A stretch of DNA of 60,691 nucleotides, filler included. It is 7 parts of 7 records of this genome, joined end to end, with 100 filler letters (N's around TTAATTAATTAA, not from the genome) between each part and the next. Parts side by side here need not be neighbours in the genome. Positions count along the whole stretch, not along the records: positions 42,459 to 53,645 come from SRR31156797_34416; positions 53,746 to 60,691 come from SRR31156797_34469; 5 more parts are not named here. One strand, 5' to 3'. Position numbers and translations under genes: made by a program. Within the stretch, counting starts at the first letter, position 1. Each line of letters begins with the position of its first letter. The notes under the pieces were generated by a model that was not told the origin of the DNA, did not search any database, and saw nothing but the letters and a program-made list of their open reading frames with translations. Shown here piece after piece: positions 48,315 to 59,298 of the stretch.

Positions 48315-48958
48315 GTAAAACCAATATCCTTATAGTAGACGATCAGATCCTCTTCGCGGAAAGCCTTAAGACCGTACTGGAAACCAGAAGCGGGGATATC
48401 CAGGTGCAGTCCATAGCCGCCAACGGCAAGGAGGCCGTCCGCATGGCGGAGATCCACAGCCCCGATCTCATCCTGATGGACATCCGCATGCCCGAGATGA
48501 ACGGTGTGGAAGCTGTGGGGCTTATCAAGGAAAAGCATCCGGAGATAAAGGTCATCATGCTCACCACCTTCGACGATGACGAATACATCTACAGCGCCCT
48601 GAACAACGGAGCCGACGGTTACCTGCTGAAGAACACCCCTCCCGAGAAGCTGATATCCTCCATCGAAGCGGTCAGGGGCGGACTGGTCCTGATCTCCCCG
48701 GTTATCATCAAGCATCTGACCAAGGAGGGCGCCCTCTCCGGCGACCTTAAGAAGGACAAACCCTCCTGGTTCGAGGAGCTGAGCAAAAGGGAGAAGCAGG
48801 TTCTGAAGCTGATCTCCAGCGGCCTGAACAACCACGAGATATCGGAGGAGCTCTTTATCGCCGAGCAGACGGTTAAGAACCATGTGAGCCTGATATACAA
48901 CAAGCTGGGAACCCACGACAGGCTGAAGGTCATCCGCATGGCCAAGGACTATCTCTGA
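48311..48958 (+). CDS. NarL/LuxR-type response regulator
   Basis: IVDDQ, MDIRMP, LTTFDDDEY, LSKRE..VL, TVKNHVS; ATGA overlap with the kinase. Confidence 0.95.
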   Translation: MSKTNILIVDDQILFAESLKTVLETRSGDIQVQSIAANGKEAVRMAEIHSPDLILMDIRMPEMNGVEAVGLIKEKHPEIKVIMLTTFDDDEYIYSALNNGADGYLLKNTPPEKLISSIEAVRGGLVLISPVIIKHLTKEGALSGDLKKDKPSWFEELSKREKQVLKLISSGLNNHEISEELFIAEQTVKNHVSLIYNKLGTHDRLKVIRMAKDYL

Positions 48959-48965
48959 CTCATAC

Positions 48966-49047
48966 AAGTCCTTAAAATTCAGTATTTTACCTTTGGGTAG
49001 AGAATTGTACCGCCTTTTCAGTACGGATATCGGTACTTGAGTACCTT
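48966..49047 (+). promoter_or_regulatory. Cluster of (A/G)GTAC-like repeats, candidate response-regulator binding sites
   Basis: AAGTCC, CAGTAT, TTGTAC, CAGTAC, CGGTAC, GAGTAC within about 80 bp upstream of the SBP gene. Confidence 0.45.
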
Positions 49048-49117
49048 GCGGGCAGAAAAACATGCACTTACAATTAATCCCAGTTACTAACAAATCCTGT
49101 AAAAGGAAGGAGATTGT

Positions 49118-50389
49118 ATGAAAAGAGTACTTATCGGAGCATTACTGCTGATCACAGCCGTAAATTTCAGCTTTGCCGGTGGTCAGGCCGAACTGCCCAC
49201 CGATGAAGGGAGCGGAGACAAGGTAAAACTGGTCTTCACCAGCTGGAGAACAGAGGACATCGAAAGAATGAACCGCATCAACGATGCGTTCACCAAGGAA
49301 AATCCCAATATCGTTATAGACTTCCAGCCTGTAAAGGATACGGAGTATGACGCGCAGCTCAAGCAGTCCCTGGCTGCCGGCGTTGGCGCAGACATCATCT
49401 TCCTCCGCTCCTATGACTCGGGATACCAGATCTACAAAACCGGCTCACTGGCCGAACTGAACGACAAGATCCCCGCCCTGAAGGACTTCCCTTCCGCGGC
49501 CGTAGCCGCATGGGCCACCCCCGAGATGGAAAGCTACGCCATCCCCGCCGCCGGTGTAGTTCACGGCGTTTACTACAGAAAGAGCATCTTTGCCAAGTAC
49601 GGACTCTCCGTTCCCGAAACCTGGGACGAGTTTATGAAGGTATGCGCCACCCTGAAAGACGGCGGCGAGACCGTTTTCGCTCAGGGAACCAAGGACAACT
49701 GGATGCTGTACGAGGTCATGTACTCCGGTCTGGGCGCCAACTTCTACGGCGGTGAGGAAGCCCGCCAGGCTCTGATGGCCAAGAAGGTTCGCTTTACTGA
49801 CGACGCTTTCGTAACGGCCATGGAAAGGATGAAAGACCTGCAGCCCTACTTCCCCGACAGATTCGAAGGAATCGACTATGTGACCATGCAGCAGATCTTC
49901 GGAACCGGAAACGCAGCCATGTTTATGGGCGGAAGCTGGGAGATCGGTATCTTCGAAGACCTGGGCGGTCTGGAAGACGTCGGCTACTTCGCTCCCCCCC
50001 TTGAGAGCAAGGGCGATACCCTGCAGTACTGCTTCCACGTGGATGCCGGTATCGGTATGAACAAGAACTCCAAGCACGCCGAAGAGGCCCTGACCTACAT
50101 GAAGTGGCTGGCTTCCCCCAGTTACGCTCAGCTCTATATGAACGAGCTTCCCGGATTCTTCAGCTACACCCCCGGTTCCTACACCCTGGACAACGATCTG
50201 GCCAAGCAGATGCAGAGCTATGTGGCCAAGTCCGTTCCCACCGTCAGAACCGTATGGGAAAAGCTTTCCGCCGAATCTCCCTCAGGTAACGAGCTCCTGG
50301 GTGAGGCCGTACAGAAGATGTACGCCGGAGAACTCTCTCCCGCAGAAGCCTGTAAGTACGTAGACGACGGCCTGGCCTGGTACTACTGA
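49118..50389 (+). CDS. Carbohydrate ABC transporter substrate-binding protein
   Basis: Spirochaete-style FAGGQAE N-terminus; YYRK.IF.KYGL.VPETWDEF, G.AAMF.GGSWEI. Confidence 0.92.
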   Translation: MKRVLIGALLLITAVNFSFAGGQAELPTDEGSGDKVKLVFTSWRTEDIERMNRINDAFTKENPNIVIDFQPVKDTEYDAQLKQSLAAGVGADIIFLRSYDSGYQIYKTGSLAELNDKIPALKDFPSAAVAAWATPEMESYAIPAAGVVHGVYYRKSIFAKYGLSVPETWDEFMKVCATLKDGGETVFAQGTKDNWMLYEVMYSGLGANFYGGEEARQALMAKKVRFTDDAFVTAMERMKDLQPYFPDRFEGIDYVTMQQIFGTGNAAMFMGGSWEIGIFEDLGGLEDVGYFAPPLESKGDTLQYCFHVDAGIGMNKNSKHAEEALTYMKWLASPSYAQLYMNELPGFFSYTPGSYTLDNDLAKQMQSYVAKSVPTVRTVWEKLSAESPSGNELLGEAVQKMYAGELSPAEACKYVDDGLAWYY

Positions 50390-50448
50390 CATCCGTCTGC
50401 GCAGTCCTTCTTTTCGGATCGCCTGCGCAGATTTCCCGAATGACAATG

Positions 50449-50477
50449 AGCTCTCTGGAAAACAGGGGGCTTTTTTT
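50449..50477 (+). terminator. Terminator-like hairpin after the SBP gene
   Basis: AGCTCTCTG-GAAAA-CAGGGGGCT-TTTTTT. Confidence 0.55.
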
Positions 50478-50616
50478 AACCGGCCGGCAGGACGTCCTCC
50501 CGGTCCGGAAGGGGCTTACCGGGACAGAGCGTCCGTTTGAAAGACGAACGCATACCGGCCCCCCGACGCTCCGTCGGCCCTCCGGCGGATAAGATAAAAA
50601 AACAAGGAGGAGTTTT

Positions 50617-51540
50617 ATGCTTGAGGCACAGAAGAAACATGCCAGATTTCTGTTTATGTTCATATTTCCGGCATTTATCGTCTACACGGTATTCATGCTT
50701 CTGCCCATCCTGAACTCTATGCGATACAGCCTCTACACTGGCGACAGCCTGGTACCCAATGAATTCGTAGGGCTGGACAACTATATCAGGCTCTTTACCG
50801 AAGAGCGTTACTACAGTAAGTTCTGGAACGCCTTCCGGAACAACATCAAGTTTTTCGTCATCGTTACCCTGATACAGAACGTTATGGGATTCTTTATGGC
50901 CGTTCTGGTCTCCCGGAAGTTCAGGGGAAACAACTTCATGAGAAAGCTGAGCTTTCTGCCCACCACCCTGTCCGTACTGGTCGTGGGTTATATCTTCAAA
51001 CTGATACTCAATCCCTACTACGGGGTATTCGATAAATTCCTGGTAGCCATAGGCCTGGAGGAGATCATCCTCCCCTGGCTGGGGGATCCGCGCACGGCTA
51101 TTTACGTAGTGGCCATCGCGGTCAGCTGGCAGTTCTTCGGAGAGTCGGTGCTCTTTTATACCTCCGGCATCGACGGCATCAGCGACTCCATCATGGAGGC
51201 CGCCCGGATCGACGGCGCCAATATCTGGCAGGAGATCTGGCATATCATCCTGCCGTCGGTTCTCCCCATCGTCAGCATCGTCACCATCCTGATCTTCATA
51301 GGGGACTTCACCCAGTTCGATATCATCTTCGCCATGACCGGAAACAGGGGAGACCCCGGATACAGCACCGATCTCTTCGGTTCCCTCTTCTATCGCACAG
51401 CCTTCTCATCCCATGAGCGCGGCGGCTGGGGCACGGGCATGGGAGCCACCGTGGCCACCATGATGTTTATCATCGTCACCATAGGAGTCGGCATCTTCCT
51501 CACCTTCTTCACCAGGAAACAGGAGGAGTACGAAAAATGA
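50617..51540 (+). CDS. Carbohydrate ABC transporter permease
   Basis: FVGLDNY, EAARIDGA loop. Confidence 0.94.
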   Translation: MLEAQKKHARFLFMFIFPAFIVYTVFMLLPILNSMRYSLYTGDSLVPNEFVGLDNYIRLFTEERYYSKFWNAFRNNIKFFVIVTLIQNVMGFFMAVLVSRKFRGNNFMRKLSFLPTTLSVLVVGYIFKLILNPYYGVFDKFLVAIGLEEIILPWLGDPRTAIYVVAIAVSWQFFGESVLFYTSGIDGISDSIMEAARIDGANIWQEIWHIILPSVLPIVSIVTILIFIGDFTQFDIIFAMTGNRGDPGYSTDLFGSLFYRTAFSSHERGGWGTGMGATVATMMFIIVTIGVGIFLTFFTRKQEEYEK

Positions 51541-52370
51541 TTAATATGAAACAAAAAGCGATGCGCGGCGGGTTGTATATCGTTATGATTCTCTACACCC
51601 TGAGCATCATCATCCCGCTGTTTATCATGATCATGACCTCCTTCAAATCCAATGCGGAGATCTTCCGGAATCCCTTCGGATTGCCCGAGGCCTTCAATCT
51701 GGATGCCTATGTCAACCTGTTCGTCATCGCCAACTACGGCAAGTTCTTTCTGAACAGCATGGGAGTGACCCTGGTGTCCCTGTCCGTGGCGGTCACCATA
51801 TCCGCCCTGGCGGCCTATGCCATCAGCAAGTACAGCTTCAAGTACAACCGGGCCCTCTATATCTACTTCGTGATCGGCCTGGTCGTCCCCATCAAGCTGG
51901 GAACCATTGACATCATGATCACCATGCTGCGCCTGACAGTCTACGACAGCCTGATAGCCCTGATCATAGTCTATATAGCCATGGCCATCCCCCTGAGCGT
52001 GTTCATCCTGTACGACTACATCAAGATGGTTCCCGACGAGCTGTCCAGCGCCGCGAGAATCGACGGATGCAGCGAGCCGGGGATCTTCGGCAGGATCATC
52101 GTCCCCCTGATCAAACCGGGTCTGGCTGCGGCGGGAATCATCAGCTTCATCCCCAATTGGAACGAATTCTGGTTCCCCCTGGTTTTGATCAAGAGCAAGG
52201 AACACTACACCATTCCCCTGGCCACGGGACAGCTCTTCGGCCAGTTCGACACCAAGCTCAACCTGGTGTTCGCCGTCCTCTCCCTGGCCACCGTTCCGGT
52301 GATCATTATCTACCTGCTGCTGTCCAACTACTTTGTCAAGGGACTGTCCGCGGGAGCCGTCAAGGGATGA
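51537..52370 (+). CDS. Carbohydrate ABC transporter permease
   Basis: AAYA, SAARIDGC, WNEF, terminal GAVKG. Confidence 0.94.
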   Translation: MINMKQKAMRGGLYIVMILYTLSIIIPLFIMIMTSFKSNAEIFRNPFGLPEAFNLDAYVNLFVIANYGKFFLNSMGVTLVSLSVAVTISALAAYAISKYSFKYNRALYIYFVIGLVVPIKLGTIDIMITMLRLTVYDSLIALIIVYIAMAIPLSVFILYDYIKMVPDELSSAARIDGCSEPGIFGRIIVPLIKPGLAAAGIISFIPNWNEFWFPLVLIKSKEHYTIPLATGQLFGQFDTKLNLVFAVLSLATVPVIIIYLLLSNYFVKGLSAGAVKG

Positions 52371-52409
52371 CGCCCCGGGATTCCCGGAACGCTTTTGACC
52401 TTTGAAATC

Positions 52410-52439
52410 CATCCCCCCGTGCATTCCGCCGGGGGGATG
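52410..52439. terminator. Hairpin between convergent genes
   Basis: CATCCCCCC...GGGGGGATG. Confidence 0.5.
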
Positions 52440-52441
52440 CT

Positions 52442-53629
52442 TCATTCGAAATAAGGAGGTGTCGTAGTCAAACGGGAGAGAGAACGTCTCGTACAGTAAG
52501 GGACAAATTCCGCTTCCGGCGCCAATATACGATAGATTTCATCCGCATACTCCAGGGCGTACTCGCAGGCGAAAACAGGGATTCCCGCATCCTGATACAT
52601 CGGAAGCCAGCGTTCAAGGACGGAATCATACCAGTCTCTTCCGAGTTTTCTCCTGGCGCTGCTGTCATAGCCGGACTTATCATCCCATTCCGCATCGCCC
52701 AGCCCTTCCCGCCAGACGCCTTCTTCTGCAATACCGTCAATTAATGAGAAACGCCTGGGATCATCCGAATCAGCCAGATCGGGCGCATTCTGCTGGATAA
52801 TAATCCATTCGTCCGGCTCACGTCCCATCTCTTCAAAGCGCCTGCGGCCGTAATCGCGCATAGCCTCGATAAAATCGAACATGGCCTCTTCCGGATCGAT
52901 CCCGCTTTCAGCGGCGGCCTCCGCAACGGACTCGTCGCTGAAAGCCTCGACCCAGTCCAGATAGATCCCGTCAAATCCATCTTTGATAACCTCATCCAGA
53001 ATACTGTCATACCCTTCGCCGCCGTAGGCAGATCCTCCCGGGACCTCCACTCTCTCATCCTTCCAGCGGAAAGAACCGTTTATAACGATATCCCGCCAGT
53101 CCTTATGCCAGTAGGCCACGGGAAAGTTCCCGACCCATTCGGGATCATGGGCCAGTATCCATTCCGGCCAGTCTTCGGGTTTCTCCCCTTCCTCCGGATC
53201 CCAATGGCTGTGAACCGACCACCTCCAGTACCAGCGCCAGTCTTCGGCCTGTCCAATATCAATGTAGGCAATCACCATCTTGCGATGACTCCCATCATTT
53301 CCGGCACTTTCCTTAAGACGCTTCACAGCAGAGGCCGTATTAAATCCCCTGGACAAGGTATCCGAATGATCCGTCCTCATCGGCTCTATCACCAGCATCT
53401 CATACCGGGACCTCTCCAGTTCATCCATATTCCGGGATACGTCCTGAATCACATACGCCCAGTATTTTATTTCATCAAGAGGAAGAGCTGGAGCTGAAGC
53501 TTTTACAGGAAGGGGAAACAGCGCAGTCTCTCCCGTTTGCGGCTCCTGCCCGCCTTCCGCCACTAGCAATGCAACGGGAAGACACAGGAGGATTGAAAAA
53601 AATAGAATCTCAGAGTAAAGTCGTTGCAT
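52442..53629 (-). CDS. Exported endo-alpha-1,4-polygalactosaminidase-like (GH114 / TM1410-like) protein
   Basis: IAYIDIGQAEDWR.YW, V.YW..DW, GFDGIYLDWVEAF, IIQQN, EYA motifs. Confidence 0.85.
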   Translation of the reverse strand: MQRLYSEILFFSILLCLPVALLVAEGGQEPQTGETALFPLPVKASAPALPLDEIKYWAYVIQDVSRNMDELERSRYEMLVIEPMRTDHSDTLSRGFNTASAVKRLKESAGNDGSHRKMVIAYIDIGQAEDWRWYWRWSVHSHWDPEEGEKPEDWPEWILAHDPEWVGNFPVAYWHKDWRDIVINGSFRWKDERVEVPGGSAYGGEGYDSILDEVIKDGFDGIYLDWVEAFSDESVAEAAAESGIDPEEAMFDFIEAMRDYGRRRFEEMGREPDEWIIIQQNAPDLADSDDPRRFSLIDGIAEEGVWREGLGDAEWDDKSGYDSSARRKLGRDWYDSVLERWLPMYQDAGIPVFACEYALEYADEIYRILAPEAEFVPYCTRRSLSRLTTTPPYFE

Positions 53630-53645
53630 GACCGTCTCCTTGGGG

Positions 53646-53745
53646 NNNNNNNNNNNNNNNNNNNNNNNNNNNNNNNNNNNNNNNNNNNNTTAATTAATTA
53701 ANNNNNNNNNNNNNNNNNNNNNNNNNNNNNNNNNNNNNNNNNNNN
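53646..53745. other. Artificial contig linker
   Basis: N-run, TTAATTAATTAA, N-run. Confidence 0.98.
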
Positions 53746-54038
53746 AAAATGCGCCGTTGCTGCTGAAAGACCTTGAAAGAATCCTGGGCAATTTCCGCGA
53801 CAATCGACAACCATGGAATACACGAGGGACTTCTTAACATAATTTCATCCATGGGCCTGCCTTCTCTTTGTCTGTGGAGGAGCAGCTGTACCCTTTCTTT
53901 TTTCATTAAAAACAGACCTTTTTTCGTCGGGAAAAGTTCAAGAAGTGCAACTTGACAAAGCTTTTTCCGATGCTTAATGTATCGCCATTGTTCAAAATGA
54001 GAAACAGTTTCATTTTATGGTTTTTGCAGGAGTGAAAT

Positions 54039-54641
54039 GTGGCCAGGATAAACGTCATGGATGAAGAAAAAACAGTTGAAGATTTACCTGAAGAAGTCAA
54101 CGATGAAAAAGAAGGGGATGTAAGTTCGGAAGATGAATCCCAAAATGAAAAGGAAATCCCCCTATCGGACATGACCAAAGACCAGTTGATTGAAAAAATT
54201 TCGGAAGTGCAGGCATCGGCGGATACAAATATGGACAACTATCTCCGTTCACAGGCGGAGATGGAAAACATGAAAAAACGGTTCCAGAAAGACAAGCAGG
54301 ATCTGGTGAAGTTCGGAAATGAAACCCTGACCAAGCAGCTGCTTCCCGTTGCGGACAACCTGGAGATGGCCCTGGAGCACTCAAAGGGGGAAAATTCCCT
54401 TGAAGCTTTGCGTGAAGGGGTTGATCTGACGTTGAAAGGGCTGATGAACGTTCTGGAAAAGGCCGGTGTGGAAACGGTGGAAGCGGTTGGTGCTCCCTTT
54501 GATCCCAATTTTCACGAAGCCGTTTCGGAACAGGAAGATGACCGTGCTGAGCCCGGAACGGTGCTGAAAGAGCTCCAAAAAGGGTATTTATTAAACCAGC
54601 GACTCATCAGGCCGGCCATGGTCATAGTTAATAAGAAATAG
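54039..54641 (+). CDS. grpE: Nucleotide exchange factor GrpE
   Basis: LR.QAEMEN.KKR, LLPV.DNLE.AL, FDPNFHEA, KGY.L..RLIRPAMV; GTG after AGGAG. Confidence 0.97.
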   Translation: MARINVMDEEKTVEDLPEEVNDEKEGDVSSEDESQNEKEIPLSDMTKDQLIEKISEVQASADTNMDNYLRSQAEMENMKKRFQKDKQDLVKFGNETLTKQLLPVADNLEMALEHSKGENSLEALREGVDLTLKGLMNVLEKAGVETVEAVGAPFDPNFHEAVSEQEDDRAEPGTVLKELQKGYLLNQRLIRPAMVIVNKK

Positions 54642-54662
54642 AAATACTTAGGAGGCAAGTAA

Positions 54663-56576
54663 ATGGGAAAAACGATAGGAATAGACCTCGGGACAACCAA
54701 CTCATGCGTAGCCGTGATGGAAGGCGGAGATCCTGTTGTGATCGCCAATACCGAAGGAAGCAGGACAACGCCTTCTATTGTGGGCTTTACGGAGGGGGGA
54801 GAAAGGCTGGTGGGGCAGACCGCCAAACGGCAGGCCGTAACCAACCCGGAAAATACGGTTTTCGCGGTTAAACGGTTGATCGGCAGAAAATTCGACTCCC
54901 CGGAGGTCGGTAAAGACATTCAAGTTCTCCCCTACAACATCAGCAAGGCGTCCAACGGTGATGCGCACGTGAGCATCAGGGGAAAAGATTACAGCCCGGC
55001 CGAAATATCCGCCATCATCCTCAAAAAGATGAAAGAAACCGCGGAAAATTATCTGGGAGAAACGGTGACCGACGCGGTTATCACGGTTCCCGCCTATTTT
55101 AATGACAGCCAGCGACAGGCCACAAAAGACGCCGGACGGATTGCGGGCCTGAATGTTGAGCGGATCATCAATGAACCCACTGCGGCCTCTCTGGCCTTCG
55201 GCATGGACAAAAAAGGCGATCGAAAAATTGCGGTTTTTGATCTGGGCGGCGGCACCTTTGACATTTCCGTCCTGGAAATCGGCGAAGGGGTTTTCGAGGT
55301 CAAATCCACCAATGGCGACACCCATCTGGGTGGAGAGGATTTTGATCTGAGAATTATCGACTATCTGGCCGATGAGTTCAAAAAGGATCAGGGAATTGAT
55401 CTCAGGAGTGATAAAATGGCCCTTCAGCGATTAAAAGAAGGCGCTGAAAAGGCCAAAACAGAGCTCTCCGGTTCCATGGAAACCGATGTCAATCTTCCCT
55501 TCATTACAGCGGATGCCAGCGGTCCCAAACACCTGAACATTAAACTGACCCGCGCCAAACTGGAAGGGTTGGTGGAAGACCTCATTGAAAAGGTGGTGGG
55601 ACCCTGTCGCATGGCCATGAAAGATGCGGGTCTTTCCGCAAGCGATATCAACGATGTCATCCTGGTGGGCGGCATGACGCGGATGCCCAAGGTCCAGGCA
55701 AAGGTTGCTGAAATTTTCGGCAAAGAGCCCAACAAGGGAGTCAATCCCGATGAAGTGGTGGCGGTAGGCGCGGGCATTCAAGGAGGCGTGCTGAAGGGCG
55801 AGGTAAAAGATGTTCTGCTTCTCGATGTAACACCCCTTTCCCTGGGAATCGAAACCCTGGGTGGCGTTTTCACCAAACTCATTGAAAAAAATACGACGAT
55901 TCCCACCAAAAAGAGCCAGACGTTTTCCACGGCGGCCGACAGCCAGCCCGCGGTGGAAATTCATGTCCTTCAAGGGGAGCGGGAAATGGCCGCTTACAAC
56001 AAAACCCTGGGACGGTTTCAGCTTGTGGGGATTCCCCCCGCCCCCAGGGGCGTTCCCCAGATCGAGGTGACCTTTGATATCGACGCCAATGGCATCGTCA
56101 GTGTTTCCGCAAAGGATCTCGGAACGGGCAAGGAACAATCCATCCAGATTACCGCCTCGAGCGGTTTGAGTGAAGAAGAGATCGAGAACCTCGTGAAGGA
56201 TGCGGAAATGCATGCGGAGGAAGATAAGAAAAAGCGCGAACTCATCGATGCGCGGAATATGGCCGATTCCCTGATCTACTCCACCGAAAAATCGGTCAAG
56301 GAAGTGGGCGACAAACTGGACGATGCCACCAAATCAAACATCGACCAGGCCGTTGAAAATTTGAAAAAATCCCTGGAAGGGGAAGACACGGAAGAGATCA
56401 AGAGGCTCACGGAAGAATTGACCAAAGCCTCCCATAAGCTGGCTGAAACCATCTATGCCAACGCCAACCAGGAACAGGCCCAGGGGCAGCCCGGACCGGG
56501 TCCGGAGGCTGAAGAGGCTGCTGCACCCAAGGATGATGATGTGGTGGACGCCGATTTTGAGGAAGTGAAGAAGTGA
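54663..56576 (+). CDS. dnaK: Chaperone DnaK
   Basis: [34 protein letters not shown], terminal VVDADFEEV. Confidence 0.99.
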   Translation: MGKTIGIDLGTTNSCVAVMEGGDPVVIANTEGSRTTPSIVGFTEGGERLVGQTAKRQAVTNPENTVFAVKRLIGRKFDSPEVGKDIQVLPYNISKASNGDAHVSIRGKDYSPAEISAIILKKMKETAENYLGETVTDAVITVPAYFNDSQRQATKDAGRIAGLNVERIINEPTAASLAFGMDKKGDRKIAVFDLGGGTFDISVLEIGEGVFEVKSTNGDTHLGGEDFDLRIIDYLADEFKKDQGIDLRSDKMALQRLKEGAEKAKTELSGSMETDVNLPFITADASGPKHLNIKLTRAKLEGLVEDLIEKVVGPCRMAMKDAGLSASDINDVILVGGMTRMPKVQAKVAEIFGKEPNKGVNPDEVVAVGAGIQGGVLKGEVKDVLLLDVTPLSLGIETLGGVFTKLIEKNTTIPTKKSQTFSTAADSQPAVEIHVLQGEREMAAYNKTLGRFQLVGIPPAPRGVPQIEVTFDIDANGIVSVSAKDLGTGKEQSIQITASSGLSEEEIENLVKDAEMHAEEDKKKRELIDARNMADSLIYSTEKSVKEVGDKLDDATKSNIDQAVENLKKSLEGEDTEEIKRLTEELTKASHKLAETIYANANQEQAQGQPGPGPEAEEAAAPKDDDVVDADFEEVKK

Positions 56577-58522
56577 TCATTCGCACCATCTTTTTTAAGA
56601 GGGCTGTTTCCGTCTTGTGGGCGGGGATGGCCCTTTTTTTATTTGCCTGCCAACCCGGAAAGACCGTTCCCCCCAAAGTGACGGAAATTCGAACCGATTC
56701 CTTTACCATTGCTGAAAGATACCGACAAAGCGGTGATTTTGAAAAAGCGCTGGCCAACTACCGTATCTTTCTGAAACGGGCTCACAAGGACGAAAGAACC
56801 CCCCTGGCCCTCCAACGCATGGCGGAGCTCCATTTAAAGCTCAAAAACCCTAGAAAAGCCCTCGCCTCTCTCGAAAAGCTCTCAAGGGGATATCCCGATT
56901 ATGCCTGGATGCCCGAAGTCCGATACCAGATTTCGGTTATCCTCAACCAACTGGGGGAATATGAAGCTTCCACCGACCAAGCCATGGAATGGCTTGACCG
57001 GTATGAACACCATTTCCTGCAAAAAGAAGTTCTTGTTTTGCTGGGTGATGATTTTTGTGCAATGGGGGAAACAAAAGAGGCTTTCTTCTGCTGGGTTGAG
57101 GCCAAAAACGCATGGAAGGATGACCCGGACAAGGAACTGGAACTGGATGAAAAACTGAAAAACCTGATTGTCACCAGCAGTCCCATGCTCCTTTCACATC
57201 TTCTTGAAAGTGAACGGGAGACACGTTTTCCGCCTGAAATATATTATCAAATGAGCCTGCTTTTTCTATCTCAAAATGAATGGGGCCAGGCAGATAAGGC
57301 AGCTCGAACGCTTCTGGAATCCACCCGGAATCCCCATTGGATTACCAAGGGGGAAGATATCCTGGCAAAGATTGAAAAAGAAATGGCCGTCTGTGAAAAG
57401 TGTATCGGCTGTTTGCTCCCCCTAAGCGGCCCTTTTGCCGTCTATGGTCAGGAAGTTCTCAACGGCATATTATTGGGAATGTTGGGTGCTTCCATGGATG
57501 GGACAAAAATGGAACTCATCGTGAGGGACACGGCGGGAAATCCGGAAAAAGCCCTGGATGAACTTGAAACATTGGTTAACACACGGAAAGTCTTGGGTGT
57601 CATCGGCCCTCTTTCCAGCAAAACAGCTACGGTCACTGCTGAAAAAGCCCAGGAACTGGGTGTGCCGATGATCGCCTTGACCCAACGGAGGGATATTGTG
57701 GAGGCAGGGGATATGGTATTTCGAAATTTTTTAACCCCTGCGCAGGAAATCGATTCGCTACTTGAGTTGGCCATGGGTCAATTGGGACTGGAGCGGTTCG
57801 GTATTTTATATCCGGACAACGCCTATGGACGCTTTTGCATGAACCTGTTCTGGGACAAACTGGATGAAATGGGGGGCAGCGTTACCGCGGTTGAAACCTA
57901 TCCTACGGATGTCACGGACTTTGCAGATGAGATAAAGAAGATGGTCGGGCTTTATTACCCAAGGACAGGTAACTGGAGAAGCACGCATACCCAGAGAAAA
58001 ATCACGAATGACCCAAAAAGCGAAATAGAATTGGGAGAAGATGACCCCCTGATTGACTTTGATGCGGTTTTTATTCCCGACACCTACCAACGGGTGGCAA
58101 TGATTGCACCGCAATTGGCGTTTCATGATGTTCTGGGTGTTCGGTTGATCGGCACCAGGCTTTGGCATTCTCCCAAATTGCTGGAAATGGCAAAAAATTA
58201 TCTCCAGGGCGCTCTCTTCTCTTCGGGCTTTGTGACGGAATCCCAAAATCCGAAAGTCTCGGGTTTTGTAGCGGATTACAAAAAAAACTTTGGCACTACT
58301 CCGAAAATCCTGGCGGCCAACGGCTATGATACAATTTGTTTACTGAAAACAATTTTTGCTGAAAACAGACCGCAAACACGGGACAGTTTACGGCAAGCCC
58401 TGCTTGATGTGCCGGTCTTTGAAGGGGTGACGGGGTCCTTCAGCTTCGATGCCGAAGGAGAAGCCTTGAAAAGGCCATTATTAATGACCATTTCCGGAAA
58501 CAGAGCAATCCCTATTTATTAG
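56573..58522 (+). CDS. LpoA/LppC-like lipoprotein (TPR + type 1 periplasmic binding fold)
   Basis: Lipobox LFA-C; TPR helices; [33 protein letters not shown]. Confidence 0.85.
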   Translation: MIIRTIFFKRAVSVLWAGMALFLFACQPGKTVPPKVTEIRTDSFTIAERYRQSGDFEKALANYRIFLKRAHKDERTPLALQRMAELHLKLKNPRKALASLEKLSRGYPDYAWMPEVRYQISVILNQLGEYEASTDQAMEWLDRYEHHFLQKEVLVLLGDDFCAMGETKEAFFCWVEAKNAWKDDPDKELELDEKLKNLIVTSSPMLLSHLLESERETRFPPEIYYQMSLLFLSQNEWGQADKAARTLLESTRNPHWITKGEDILAKIEKEMAVCEKCIGCLLPLSGPFAVYGQEVLNGILLGMLGASMDGTKMELIVRDTAGNPEKALDELETLVNTRKVLGVIGPLSSKTATVTAEKAQELGVPMIALTQRRDIVEAGDMVFRNFLTPAQEIDSLLELAMGQLGLERFGILYPDNAYGRFCMNLFWDKLDEMGGSVTAVETYPTDVTDFADEIKKMVGLYYPRTGNWRSTHTQRKITNDPKSEIELGEDDPLIDFDAVFIPDTYQRVAMIAPQLAFHDVLGVRLIGTRLWHSPKLLEMAKNYLQGALFSSGFVTESQNPKVSGFVADYKKNFGTTPKILAANGYDTICLLKTIFAENRPQTRDSLRQALLDVPVFEGVTGSFSFDAEGEALKRPLLMTISGNRAIPIY

Positions 58523-58533
58523 ATTCCTCAACT

Positions 58534-59298
58534 TCATTCGATTTCTTCATCGTCATCCGCCTCTTTTTTCTTTTTCTCTTTCGATTTCCAGGCAATGGTA
58601 GCTACCAGGATGCCGATTTCATAAAGAATGATCAGGGGACCCGCCATCATGCATTGGGTCACCACATCCGGGGGGGTTAAGATCGCGGCCAGAACGAACG
58701 TCATCAGAATGGCGTATTTACGCTTTTTTCTGAGCAACTGCGGGGTCACAACACCCATTTTGGCCAGGAAAAAAATAACTACGGGAAGCTCAAAAACGAC
58801 CCCAAAAGCAAACAAAAGTTTGATGGCAAAGGAAAAATACTGCTTTACCGATGGCAGGGCCTTTACATATTCGTTTGAAAACCCGACAAAAAATTTGAAC
58901 CCGAAGGGAAAAACAACGAAATAACCGAAAAGGGATCCTCCCACGAACAAAATGGTGGAAGCTATCACGAAAGGGATTACATATTTTTTTTCTTTCTGGT
59001 AAAGCCCCGGTGCAATAAACATCCATATCTGATAAAAAATAAATGGGGCCACCAGCATTATACCCGCCAGTAGAGAGACTTTTAAGTAGGTAAAAAACAT
59101 CTCGGGAAGGTTTGTAAAAATGAGATGATCCCCTTCGGGCATAACCGCCTGCAAGGGTGCCACCAGCAGACCGAAAAGTCTTTCCGCAAAGGCGTATGAC
59201 GCCGCAAAACCGATGCCCACCGCAATGGCGGAGGTGATGAGCCGTTTCCGCAGCTCCTCCAGATGACCGATAAAGGGTTGTTTGTCTTCGCTATCCAT
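58534..59298 (-). CDS. tatC: Twin-arginine translocase subunit TatC
   Basis: HLEELRKRL, FIAPGLY..EK, FELP, LTPPD, LYEI. Confidence 0.97.
   Translation of the reverse strand: MDSEDKQPFIGHLEELRKRLITSAIAVGIGFAASYAFAERLFGLLVAPLQAVMPEGDHLIFTNLPEMFFTYLKVSLLAGIMLVAPFIFYQIWMFIAPGLYQKEKKYVIPFVIASTILFVGGSLFGYFVVFPFGFKFFVGFSNEYVKALPSVKQYFSFAIKLLFAFGVVFELPVVIFFLAKMGVVTPQLLRKKRKYAILMTFVLAAILTPPDVVTQCMMAGPLIILYEIGILVATIAWKSKEKKKKEADDDEEIE

Noticed and set aside
45036-52445. Long antisense ORFs (e.g. 45897-46958, 51390-52445; likewise 4365-5081, 40912-41724, 55431-56213)
   Set aside because: Shadows of well-supported genes in GC3-biased sequence, with no recognisable motifs.
8743-53745. Six regularly recurring TTAATTAATTAA elements in N-runs
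   Set aside because: Identical 100-bp artificial joins with stops in all frames. They are not biological, and gene content and composition change at each one.
53746-53906. Short minus-strand ORF at a contig edge (and a similar fragment at about 42235-42358)
   Set aside because: Too short and truncated to assign a product or confirm coding status.
53930-54038. CIRCE or sigma32 element before grpE
   Set aside because: No TTAGCACTC-N9-GAGTGCTAA repeat; only a TTGACA hexamer is evident.
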